Assembly: GCA_002245135.1 (NCBI GenBank)
Contig: NGBS01000018.1
Span: 1 to 64,000 of the forward strand
DNA length: 64,000 nucleotides
Reading direction: 5' to 3'
DNA from: Proteromonas lacertae
Taxonomy: Eukaryota
Shown: one piece after another, positions 36,817-49,437 of the stretch
Numbering within the stretch: position 1 is the first letter of the stretch
How the letters are laid out: every line of letters begins with the position of its first letter
Position numbers and translations under genes: made by a program
Notes under the pieces: model-generated
Database searches by the model: none
What the model saw: only the letters and a program-made list of their open reading frames with translations
What the model was told of the DNA's origin: nothing

Positions 36817-39304
36817 ATGAGTGTTGTTGTAACTAAAGATAAAATGATGAGAAAACCAAGTGTTGCGTTTGGTGGTGATAATAATAAAAGAATGAAGTTA
36901 GAAGAAGATAGTTTTGTGAAGATAATGAACAGTTTAGTAGAAGACACTGATGTAGATTTTTTAAGATTTAAAGATGATAGTGTTAAAGTTTTTCAATTTC
37001 CTAAAAGAATGATTTTAACGAGAGATTGTTATAAAGTTATGTATGAAGATATTATCAAAATAATGAGATTCATCAGTTATCCAACAGTTGTTATAAGAGG
37101 ACAACCTGGTATAGGTAAAACAAGTTTTTTGTATTACCTATTACATTGTTTAAAGACAAGAGATGATTATAGATATCATGATAGAGATAAAACAATAGAA
37201 AGAAAAATAAAAGGTATATATATAGTAAAGGGAAAGAAGAATGGTAGTAAAACTGATAAAGTAGTATATGAACTTGACCAAAAAACCCAAAAAGTATCTA
37301 TTAAGAAAAATCCAGACTTGAATGATGTTACAGAATCAATAATAATAGTTGATACTTATAGTGGTGAATTTAATCCAAATAATATCGTAATTTCCATTAG
37401 TTCACCAGATGAAGATAATATTGAAAAATACAAAGATAGAAAATATAAAACTGAATTATATTTCGAAACATTAAGTTATGAAGAATTAGAAAAATGGTTT
37501 GATAAATGTATAGATATTGACAGAGATAAAAAATTTAAAGATATTTGTGAAGCTTATGGTAATATTCCAAGACAAATTTACTTTCATCATTTATATAAAA
37601 AGAATTATGGTAGAGATTATTGGAAATATTATGTGAAATTAATAGATAGTGTAGTTGGTACAATTGGTTATAATAATTTTGTTGGTAATTATATGAAAGA
37701 AAGTCAATTAACCAAAAATAATGGATTATCGAATATAATATTAAGATATGATTATAAAAAAGAAATGAATGTGGTATTAGGTCATGAAGTATTAGTACCA
37801 AAAGATCATTTAAAATTCATATCTGAAAAAGTTGAAAAATACATAGTGTGTAAATTCTATCCTCCTAAAAATGAATCTGAATATGATGAAATATGTGATT
37901 ATTATGAACAACTTAATAATGATATAAGAAGAAAAGAAAATGAGTTAAAAAGAATGAATAATGTTAAAGAAAAGGAATTTACCCAAAAAGAAATAGCAAA
38001 AGATAAAGTAATGAAGAGAATTGCAATGAAGCAAATGATATCATATGAATTGAGTATGGAAATAATAAAATTGAATGTAAAAGAAGATAAGAAATTTATG
38101 TTAAACTATGAAAAGCCAATCTCATTTAGTCATCCTGATGGTGGAAAACATTATGTTTGTATTATATTGGATGAAAATAATTATTTTGATTTAATAATGA
38201 ATGGAATATTTATAAAGATATTCTTAGATGATGATGAATTATCAATTGATGAAAGAAGAATAACAGAATCAATCAAAGTATAAATAATCTATATTTATAT
38301 AATATAATATAATAGGAATATAATAAATGTAAAGAATGTCAAATTAAGTGTTGTTTTTTAAATGAAAAGAGAACACAGATCTTTCCAAATAATGTAAAAC
38401 CAAAACCAAAAGGTAAAACTAATGAAAATAGTAATGTTAAAAAAACAAAAAGTAATGATGAAGATGATGTATTTACTGATATAAATGATAAAAGTCTTTA
38501 TTTAATGAGAAAATGTTTTTATTCAATTTTGAATCTTATTTGTCCTGAAGATATAGATATATCTTATCCACACCAAAAGAACTATTTAATATTTGGACAA
38601 ACTGGAATAGGAAAATCAATATTAGCGAATGTTATAAAAGAATATATTCATGAAAAAAGGAATGGAGTAGTTAAAATAAAACATATAGTTGAAAATGGAG
38701 TTAGAAGAGGTCATAATGAAGATAAAATAGACAGAGATTATATAATAATTAGTGATGGAGGTGTAATTGGTGAAGATGATTATGGTGATGCAAAAATGAT
38801 AATATTATTAGCTGATCCATCTGATGAAAAGTTTAAGACATTTGAGAGTAAGAGATGTCCTCTGGTGATGTATATACCTCCATTTACAAAAGAAGAAGTA
38901 GAAGACGTAATAATTCTAGAAAATCCTAAATATAATATACCTACAAAACATTTTTTAAATAGATCTGAATTAAGAGAAGGTTTAACAGCATTATCTGGAG
39001 ATATAAAGGGTTATGAAAAAGAAAAGATTTATATAGAAAGAATTATGAATATTATGGAGGTGTAATTGGAAATATAGAATGTGATGAAGAAACAATAAAA
39101 AGTAAGCTTAATGAAATGAAGAAAGAAAATAAATTAGAAAATATAATTAATGGAATTAATGTATGTTCTCTTTCAAAAGGTAAATATAACAAAGTATTAA
39201 TATATGAAACATGTGAAGAAGATGTTACTGAATCTAATCATTTGATATTTATATCTGAAACAATTCAACAAATGGCAAAGAAAATCTTATTCAAAAATAA
39301 TTGA
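36817..39304 (+). CDS. Second copy of the double P-loop NTPase gene, lacking the SPRY-like header; one-base frameshift near 39016-39020
   Basis: Near-identical to copy 1 from MRKPS onward; intron 38278-38315; A5 here vs A6 in copy 1 (35857-35862). Confidence 0.7.
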
Positions 39305-39398
39305 AAAGAAGATTTCACTATATGAAAAATATAAATAATTGAATTGGTTATTTGAGTTAAGGTTTAAAAATTAAATCAAGCCAAATAATAAAATCATT

Positions 39399-40062
39399 TT
39401 AAAAAACTACTGTAAATACAGGCTGGTTCCATTTGCCAATATAACGTCTAAACACGTTTATAGATTTAGTTGGAGTTGCTATTACACTACAAATATAACT
39501 GATATTATATACCTCATCGATATTTTCGCATTTAAAGGTAATTTACTAACTTCACACACATCTCTTGTTGGTGGGAATTTATGAAAGTCTATATATTATA
39601 TGATTATTGCCAATTTATACATTTCTTATATATCTCATTAACTTCTTCGAATTTTGTTAAGTCTGATAGATATAGATTTGCTTTAATAACATCATCTACA
39701 CTACTATTTGCACTTTTTAATATTCCGCACACATTCTCTAGCATCTGCTTTGTCTGATCGGTGAGATTTTCACTAACTAATTCACCTTTTGTATCTACAC
39801 CTAAAATTGCTGATGTAAATATAAATGAACAATTTGGGGGAGTCTATGAAATTAAATGTTATTATATAATTACTATAACAGCTTGATTTCTAAAATAAAA
39901 AACCTAATAACTTATATACTTAGGCAAACCAACTTTATAATCAGGAGCACTATCACTTGATATAACTTCTATCTCTACTCTTCTTTTGAAAACACTTATT
40001 TGGTTAGAATTTATGAGTGAGCTTTTAAATATGATTGATCTTCTACATAATCTTCCAATCAT
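39399..40062 (-). CDS. ridA: RidA/YjgF/YER057c/UK114 family protein with a putative mitochondrial-type presequence
   Basis: Hand translation across four introns: MIGRLCRRSIIFKSS..SDSAP..NQAVI..IFTSAILG..QTKQMLENVCGILKSANSSVDDVIKANLYLSDLTKFEEVNEIYKKYFHKFPPTRDVCEVSKLPLNAKISMSVIA. Confidence 0.9.
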
Positions 40063-40189
40063 TTTAGAGATTGTTGATTTACAATAATATAAAAAGCAAA
40101 GAGTTAGATAAAAACAAAAGTATCTTCAATGAAACGATTATATTTTTGAAACAGAGATTAAAACATATAGAGGACTTACATATACTATA

Positions 40190-42129
40190 TTAATTACTTC
40201 TTAAACTATTTGAGCAAATTACATATATTAAATTCTCTAAACAAGATTTGACATGTTTGGATTTTACATTATTCATCATTTGAAGTAACATTCTTAGCTG
40301 CTCACCTTTAATATACTTATGAATATATTTACTATCCAATTCAAAGAAGAAATGTATTACATTGTTAAGCAATGAAGTTGAGACTTGTTTAATATCAGAA
40401 TATGGTTTTATCCATTTACTATTGAATAAAATAAATAAACAATTAAATATACATTAATATATCAGTTAAACCACATTCTAAATATTCTTCTACAAATGGT
40501 TTATTTTCTTCCAAATAATAATGAATAAGGGGAAACATCTTTTCTTTATTAACACATTCTTTCTCACACTTAAACAAACTATAATCTAATGTGTTCAAAT
40601 AATCCATATAAAGAATAAAATCTTTTGCATATATTGGTTGTTTTGTACAAGATATTTCATGTTTAATTTCATCCTTTGAATAATCGAATATTGATGAATA
40701 GTTTGATTTTTTTCTCCTTTTGTTTTTTGGTTTTACATTTTCATCATCATCTTCTTCTCCCTTATTCTTTGCAAAATCAAAACAATGTTTCCAAAAGTCT
40801 TTCTCTAAAGTTTCAGTAATGTATTTGTATTTATCAATATCTTCTGGAGATAAATATGAAATATCAACTGATTCTCTATGGATTATTATAAAATTATATA
40901 ACTGAAAATACTCTTTCAATTTTCTTTTTGACCTTTCTGACATTTCATGTGATTGAATTCTATTTCTTATAGAGTTTCTTGAACAAGTTGGACAATACCA
41001 ATTCCCCTATATATATTATATATATTATAATATACAGTTGGTATGTACTGCAATCCTAAACAATAAGTATGATATCCATTATTACAATTATCACATAATA
41101 ACAAACAATACTCATTATCTCCTTTTCTACAAACTTCACATATCATTTCTTCACTATAAAAATAACAATAATAAATGAAAAAGTCTTGTTTAGATACATT
41201 TTTGGAACAACAGTCCTAGTTTTCAAATTTTCAATCCTAAATAAAGAATATAATTTAAGAAATAATAGAAATACGATATAATATGATGATTTGATTTGTA
41301 TAAAGAGTAAGTTGCTTGTTTACACAATGGACATGTATTACTAATTTTACACCATTGTTTTATACATTGAAAATGAAATATATGTGGACATAATTGAAAC
41401 ATCCCTATTTCATTATCATCTATATTTAAAGGACTTAAACATATTGAACATTCTTTATTATCCACATTTTGAGAGTAATGTAATGAATGATCAAATTTAT
41501 CATCATATTTTACAATCCACAACAATCTATGAGGTAAATAAAGAAGTGATTCTAATATTAAATTATCTGGTAATCTTATTTTTTCATCACATTTGTATCT
41601 CGTTAAATGAAACTCTTTCTTCTTTGTGTCAATTTCCAACAGAAAAACTACACATTTTAGAGTATCACAGAAACATTGAATAATCATTTTATCACCTTCA
41701 CATATACCATCTTTTACCGATTTATAATAATCAGGAGTCAGCTTCATATTTGGCATTATCTTACCATAATAAGCTGAATTTAATTTCAAAGTATCTGTTA
41801 TTAGATTTCTTAGATATATTTGTGGTACAAATTGCTTAAACTCTATTTGATCATAAATTTGATCTGCTAAAACATGTAAACACATCAGATTTTTTAAAAC
41901 TGTTCAATTTCAGTAAGTGATCTTTTAAAACATCTTTTATCTTCTTTTCTTTGCATGAGTAACACATATTCTCTATTTTTTCAAACCAGTTTACTTGAAA
42001 TCTAAATATAAAAACAAAAGAATTGTACAAAGATAGCATAGAGTGTAGTATATGCTTATCTTCTATTCCATCAGATGGAATCGCTATTTTATCTATCTGC
42101 TTCTCTTTTAAACCAAAACTTCTATTCAT
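40190..42129 (-). CDS. OTU-like + RING-H2 + PHD finger protein
   Basis: KSD.CLHVLADQIY...HY (OTU-like, frameshift near 41884); CSICLSPL..CPHIFHFQCIKQWCKISNTCPLCK; CEVCRKGDNEYCLLLCDNCNNGYHTYCL..GNWYCPTC at ~40985-41145. Confidence 0.75.
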
Positions 42130-42170
42130 TTATATTTTTTCAAAATAGATTTGAATTGTTGTTAATTTAA

Positions 42171-42916
42171 ATGCAAGACTCACCGTTAAACCAATTGTTA
42201 CAAGCAATAGAATTATCTTTGAGACGTGTTGAAGAAAATGTAAATAAAATTAATACTATTCATACCTCAGTTAAACAAAGTATTTGATTATTGATTATAT
42301 AAATCATATAAAGACAATAATGTAATATACAACTCTTCTACTAGGCTACATGAACTGTATACAATGCAAATGGCTTTTGATTCAGCAGTATGTGAATTTG
42401 TGGATTTAGCCCTTGCAAAACTTGATAATATTACTTGTATGATATTGATGATAAAGATTTTATAATTATACATAGCTGTTGAAAGTCCTGTTAGAAATAG
42501 ATCTTTAGAACACGTTGAAATTGGTACAGCTATAATATTTCCTACACAAGAATGTTGGGTTGAAGGAACTGTGATAGATTATTTTCAAGAGGATGATATT
42601 TACATTGTTGAAGATTCAGATAAATACCAATTTAAAGCTAGACGAAGACAAATCATTGTAAAACCAAAAATAAGAAGGCAATTACCAGTTCAATCATTTG
42701 TATTGGCTCATTTTCCAGATACAACTGCATTTTATGAAGGAACAATAGTAACTGCAAGTGGTGTATATATTAGTTTTTGATATATTATAGAGAGATGAGA
42801 TTGATATTAATAGCCAACCTGTTCAATTTAAAGAAGATATGGATGAATATGGTAACTTAATTAATTATCGTGCAATTGATATGTTGATGATAGTTCCTAA
42901 TCCAGGACCTTGCTAG
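42171..42916 (+). CDS. SGF29-like tandem Tudor protein
   Basis: WVEGTVIDY..YIVEDSD..VLAHFPDTTAFYEGTIV..VQFKED; 5' region has apparent micro-exons. Confidence 0.7.
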
Positions 42917-43028
42917 TGCAGTTGAAGAATTCAACGGAATGCAATCTTTGTAATGTAATTTGTTTTTTTAATAATATTTTGATTTCAAATAACAAATTAA
43001 TACAAATAAATTATAGTAATAAATGAAT

Positions 43029-43379
43029 TTAAGATTTCCATAACAGTATATAGATGCTAGGCACAACTGAGAAATATACATAACTAATTATCATAATAAA
43101 CAGGTTTAAAATATACCATTTTGTTCTATGTGTTACAAATGATCCAAAACTTCTACCTATTACACAATTCCAACATCTACCATATTCAGCATCAAAAGTT
43201 GTTCTAATTTTTGTTGCCTACAGCTGGTAATCTATAATTAATATAATTAATATTTTATACGTTTTTATTCCTTGGTGGTTTTCAGCAAAAGCTTCTTGTG
43301 CTATAGTGATTGCTCTGTTTACTTGTTCTTCTTCCATATCTTCTGCATATACTTGTGACTTATATGATAGTGTCGCCAT
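43029..43379 (-). CDS. Dynein light chain, LC8 family
   Basis: Hand translation: AEDMEEEQVNRAITIAQEAF..ATKIRTTFDAEY..WNCVIGRSFGSFVTH..YVYFS..ILLWKS*; two introns and small frameshifts. Confidence 0.85.
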
Positions 43380-43632
43380 TATCTAAATAATATAGATGAA
43401 TATATTCTATACAACTCTAAAACAAAGAAAATAAAATTCAAAACGGTTTAAATCAAGCCAAACTTTTTCAAAACTCTAAAGTATTAAAATAAGACAATAT
43501 GACAAAGGAACATTGGTCTATCAGCCTTTATGCGGCTCTTACATTCTTTTATGATGGAATCATAAAAGAATATACATAACATTACAAATACAAACATGTT
43601 AAACATAAAATATTTATTTATTTATTATCTAA

Positions 43633-45890
43633 TTAGCCTAACGAAGGAGGTTGATAGACTTCTTGGACTATTATAAATAAATTTATGAATTTATACGTTC
43701 TGTTTCTGTTGTATTACCAGAATACCATCCAAAGTTCAATTGCTTGTATTGATTATGGATAGCTTCACTAAATATTGCTTCATATACATCATTATGTTTT
43801 GCTACTTTAGATATCTTCCATTCTTCTATTGTAGTATAAAAATATATTACTATACTCAAATTGAAGCTATTAGCTTTAGCAGTTTCTTTGATTTTAATCC
43901 ACCACCCTTCTTCACCTCCAGATTCTTCTTTCTTCATTACCTGTTTCTCATACATCACTGAAAATGATTCTAATAGGAAAGCTAATACAACATTCATTAC
44001 TAAATAAACTGATAATAAATTCCAAACAATAAAATATATTCTAGAATAACTATTTGTTCCAGCTACAACTCCTTCCATTACTATTGGCCAATTATTGACA
44101 ATCTGTTGCTCCCATAACGTAACCATTGAATTTGGTAAATTATCAAAGTTATTATGATAATAATTCAATACTCCATAACTACAATTTGCTATTTTATCAT
44201 TGTTTCTAGGTAATTTTCCTGCAAATAATTCCATTCCAATAATTGAATATGAATAATAAACACATAATAATAATACAATATATCTACCTAATGCTGGTAC
44301 AATAATTTTGAGAGAATTAATCATAGCATCAAACCTTCTCACAAGCCTTAATAATCTCAATAAACGAAGCATTCTGAGTATTAATAACACTTGTGTAATT
44401 TCTTGACTATTGTTTAAACCAACATAACTTAAGACTGTACCAAATAAAGAACCAACTACAGCGACAAAATCAATCTGTTTTATATAATAATAATTATTAT
44501 AAATACATCATTAAAAATAGACATTGTAAAATAAGTTACTAAACCAAATCCAATCATTTTAAGTATTAATTCAATTGAAAATAAAACTACCATTATTGTT
44601 TGAATATATGTAAATTTTGATAATCCACTAGTTGATGTTTCTGCTTGAATCATCTATTAATATAAATAAATACATAAATATGTTAATAATACTTCAATGA
44701 TAATAATAATAGAATTAGCTAATACTAATAAATCAAAGAAATAAATAACAAATTTGTTATGAGAAAATAAATTCTCCAAATGAGCTTGAATTTTTTGAAA
44801 CTTAGTGCTACCATCAGAACTACCATAGAAGATTGAAACATTTGACTTTATCTTTTTAGCTTTCAACTAATACAAATACATAAATACATAATACAATAAT
44901 ACATTTGTATAAGTGTATATAATTTTACAGAAATCATTTCTATTTACTTCTCCATATCGATGTACATCAACTGTATCAAAACATAAACCAACTATTTCAC
45001 TTGGAATGTTCTTTTGAAAACATATCATAAACTCTATTTTGAATAATTATTATTATAAATTATACTGATAAAATCTTGTCTTGTTACTACTTTACCATCT
45101 TCTCCTTTTATTCCATATTCTTTCAGTCTTGCTGATTGCGTTTTCAATGAATTGAATGCCATATTTAAACCATCTACTAATTTACCATAATGAGTTCTAT
45201 ATAAATAATAAATAATATAATATTCATATGTTTTATATACAATAATTTACTCTTTGTTCTTGCTTCATAATTTGAATAAATCAAAGCCAACACTAAATTG
45301 AATAGACAATACATTCCTATTGATTGATAAACAACGAAGAATAATGAAAACCATCTGTTACATCTATATACAGGCATCATAATATCAGGATAATTAGCAT
45401 TACAAACACAATAATTAAAGAAAACATTAATACAAAATACAATATATATATATATATATATGATATGTTGTTAATAGAATATAAAGCTGAACCATTGAAT
45501 TAACTAACGAGTTAAAATAATCCGTACAATCACCAGGTTTATAGGTTGAACAATAAGCAGCAGTGCGAGTTGGATCTCTCTATTAAAAAATTATAAAAAG
45601 AAAAAAAACATTACAAATATACATCACAGTGATTATTATCCATTCCACTGAAGAAAACAAAGCCAAATATTGAGAATACAAGTAAAGTAACAAAAATTAA
45701 TAGCAATATATTTACAATTTCAGGTATAACAGTTAGAATACCTGAGAATATTCTTCTTATATTTCTTTTTCGTTTAATCAGTAGAAATGGTCTGAAATAT
45801 TCTGAAAACTTGAGGGATTTTTGGGATAAATATGAGTAAAACCCAATTAGCAGTCATACATATTAATAATACAACTATTACCACACTCCA

Positions 45891-45925
<35 letters not shown>

Positions 45926-46386
45926 AAAATAATATGTATAAATTCAATAGATTAATCATACTTTGCTTTTAAAAATGGTTTTGTTAAACATAAAATATCC
46001 ATATATGTATCAAACCAGAAAAATGCTAGAATAAGACCTTGTATTAAGCATTGGATCCAAGGCGTTAGAGGAACTGTTATATTTGATCCATTAATAGAGG
46101 AAGGCCTTTCATAGAATGAAAAAAACATATAAAATACACACATCATCATGTGTAATACATTCCATTGTTTACTGTGATATAAGATATAGAAGAATCTAAA
46201 TAATAAATGTAAAATATACCTTTTATTACTTGACATATTGCGTAGGATAGTACGACCAGCTAGAGCATCTTGTGCATATCTAGCTGCATCTTCGTATTTG
46301 TTAGAAGTAGCTCCGAATCTATATATTAATATGAATACCTAATTAGATTACTGGACGTATTGGAAACCTGAGTTTAACAACGACAT
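43633..46386 (-). CDS. TPC: Two-pore calcium channel
   Basis: Two 6-TM repeats; pore 1 LYILLTTANYPDIMMPVY; pore 2 NNFDNLPNSMVTLWEQQIVNNWPIVMEG; S4 LRMLRLLRLLRL; EF-hand-like linker. Confidence 0.9.
45400..45466 (-). other. U12-type AT-AA intron (67 nt) in TPC pore loop 1
   Basis: AC|ATATCATAT...TTTTCTTTAAT...TTTGTAA|T GCT AAT TAT CCT restores LLTTANYPD. There is no AG in the interval and read-through hits a stop. Confidence 0.85.
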
Positions 46387-46530
46387 ATATAAATAATTTG
46401 ATGATTAATTCAACTTTTAAAAAATCAGATACCAAGCCTTAGTCGAGCTGAGATCTTTGTTCTATATCACTTTTCTCATTAAGAAGTGAATTAAAAAATA
46501 AAAGGCTTTGTATAAAGGAAAAACAGATAT

Positions 46531-49400
46531 ATGGGTAATCAAGCTAGTGTAAATTATGTAAGAATTCTTTTTTTAACTATATCTTATAGTTTAGTTCAGA
46601 TCTCGGTTATGTACCTTATTCAAATCCAAATGAACAATCTTCAAGAGAACAAACTGTTGATGATAGACCAAAGATCAACCCTTCAGTAGAATATAACTTC
46701 AGGTATTGTTTTTATCATAATAAATAGTCATGATGAAGTCGGAGAAGAATTATCAGAGTTATGGACTAACTTTGAATGTTCAGATGAAAATGTATCACTA
46801 TTATCTCATTCTTTTATAGCCTGATGATCTTTTGAAGTTTTTAAACCGTTTTATTGAAGTATATGAAGATTGGGAGCCTAAAAATTCAGCAGATCCAATG
46901 GTAGAACAACCCAAAAGCAATCCAAGTGATCCAACTTCAATACCAACATCAGAATCAATTCAACATGAACATTTAAGTCACAAAATTCCACATACCTCAT
47001 TAGAAGCAGCAGGACATCCAATGAGATTAGTTAAAGGAGTTGTAGCAGCAATTGTTCATGCGACACAATCAAATTCAGAAAGTGAAGCAGTTTTAGTTTA
47101 TCTTCATTTTATGCAGATTATTTCAAGATCAAAACATAATAGAATATTATTAAATTTAGCTGGATTTGTAACACCCTTTTTATCCTATTTAAAATATCAA
47201 TCAGCAAGAATTCAAGAGTTATTAGAAGATCCAGTATTGAAAGATAACAAATGGCATGAGTATATATTGATTTTAATATTTAAATAGAAGTTTAAATGAT
47301 GTATTAAAGAAATTTCAATTATGTTTATCCATCACACGTAGTTTCAATGGTGTAACAGTCGACTGGTTAGATATCCCACTCATTGCAGAAACATCAGATG
47401 ATACAACTACAATTAAAGAATTCTTAGTTACAACCTTGAAAATATCCAATGAGAAGTCAGAAGCAGGTTGTCCAGAATTGGCTATTAATTGTGTGAATGA
47501 ATTATTATCATGTTCATATATCGTATATATATATATTATTATTTATTTATTTATTTATTAGTTTCATCGTTTCTTAAGTAGATTATATACAGAAGATAGT
47601 GGAAAATGTAGTCAAATCTCACCCGAGTATCAAGAACTGTATTATACACTATTACCAATGGAATCAAAGTGCGTTTTAGGTGCAGGTGAGATGATAACTG
47701 CTATACCTGATAAGACTCAAGATATATTGAGAGAAACTGGAAGATTAGATTATATATTGAGATTAATATCACCACCACATATGTGTCATTTTGGAGATAG
47801 TGGAGTTTGTACTTGCGAATCTGAAACTTTGAAGTTTTATACAGCATTTCAGTTTGTTTGTATTATATTGTTGAAACAAGCCATTAGTTTCAATACTTTA
47901 TCTGTTCAATATTTGGATAATGATAATAGAACTAGATCGATAAGAGACTTTATGATTTGGCTTGCTGCTGAAAGTTTGGTGAAAGATCAAGCAAAGCTTG
48001 GTCCAAGTATTGGTGAAAGTTGGTCAGTTTCAAATGTATATTGATTATTATATTCATTTATGTATTGTTTGTATAGTTATTAGTCAATACTGAAGTTAAA
48101 TTAAGAATACCAAACAAATATATCTTTCATGAAAAAGGAATATGTAAAACTGACGAAGTTTACAATGACATGGTCAAATTAAAAGAATTTGAGCCATTTA
48201 ATAAATTTGGTTATGTTGAATTTGATTGGCTATCAGATGATTTCAATCACAGTCTATTAATGATGGGATTATCTATCATTATTACCTGTTCAATATCCAA
48301 AGATAAAGATGGTAAAGAATCAATCAATAAGCCAGTTCTTATTGAATTAATTAGTTTACTATCACCTCAATCAAGTGATTCATCTGTTACTCAAACCTTA
48401 TTCAATCTTATTTCAGAATATCCATTCTTGCATTTGATCTTATTAGAATGTCATAAGTTTATATGTTCAACAATGCCTGTAGTGAAATATACATATAAAC
48501 AGGAGAATATTATCAATAGATTATTTACAGATGAGTTTTATTATTATAATAAATGTAGTGATCTGGATAAATTCTATCAATTTACAACTTCTGAAGAGAA
48601 TGATTATATTGTATATGATTTAGAACATAAGAATGAAATTAATATGAAAGATTTAATCATCATATATTCAAGTATATATATTTATATATTAAAATAGTTC
48701 GTAAAATCTCAATGGATTTATTCACAATCCTATGTGATACAGATCAAACCAATTCCTCTGGCAATATTCAATTAGATGAATTAAAATCACTATTTATAGT
48801 AATAGACCAACATAAAACTGATATTCCTTCCATGTTTCAAATATTCTGTGTTTTAAGATATATGTTATTACAAAATACTACTATGATTGCTAAAATTATT
48901 GAACAATGTAATGGATTTGATACTTTATCACTATACATGTCAAATGAGTATTGATTATTATATGTTTTAATGTTTGTATAGTTATTCTGATAAAGTTGAA
49001 TATTGGCCTGTATTATATATCTTAAGTCAGATTGTTGATCTATTAATTGGAAGTGGTAATGAATATTTAGTGAAAATTTTCGCAAACCCAAAACAATCTC
49101 AAGAAAAATTCATTGATTCTTTATATAGATTGTTGTTAATACCAAAAACACAAGATTTAGCATTTAAAGTGATTAGTTTATTAATGAATTTCCTTATTAA
49201 GAGTATATTCAAATATTATTATTATATTTATATATAGATGTTAAATTACCACTTGGTAGAGTAGATGTAACTACATTATTACAACAGAATTCATTATATA
49301 TTTATAAACAATATGTTCAAACAATTTCACAAATCAGTGATTTATGTAAAGATGAGAATTTAATCCATGTTTCAAGAATCAAACTATTATCAGCAGTATA

Positions 49401-49437
<37 letters not shown>

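Larger units (their letters stand above)
32982..39668 (+). repeat. Tandem segmental duplication (copy 1 ~32982-36454; copy 2 ~36630-39668)
   Basis: Near-identical sequence from TACTTCTCATCTCTTTCTACAACAC through the NTPase gene into the RidA 3' end; unique spacer ~36455-36629. Confidence 0.95.
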
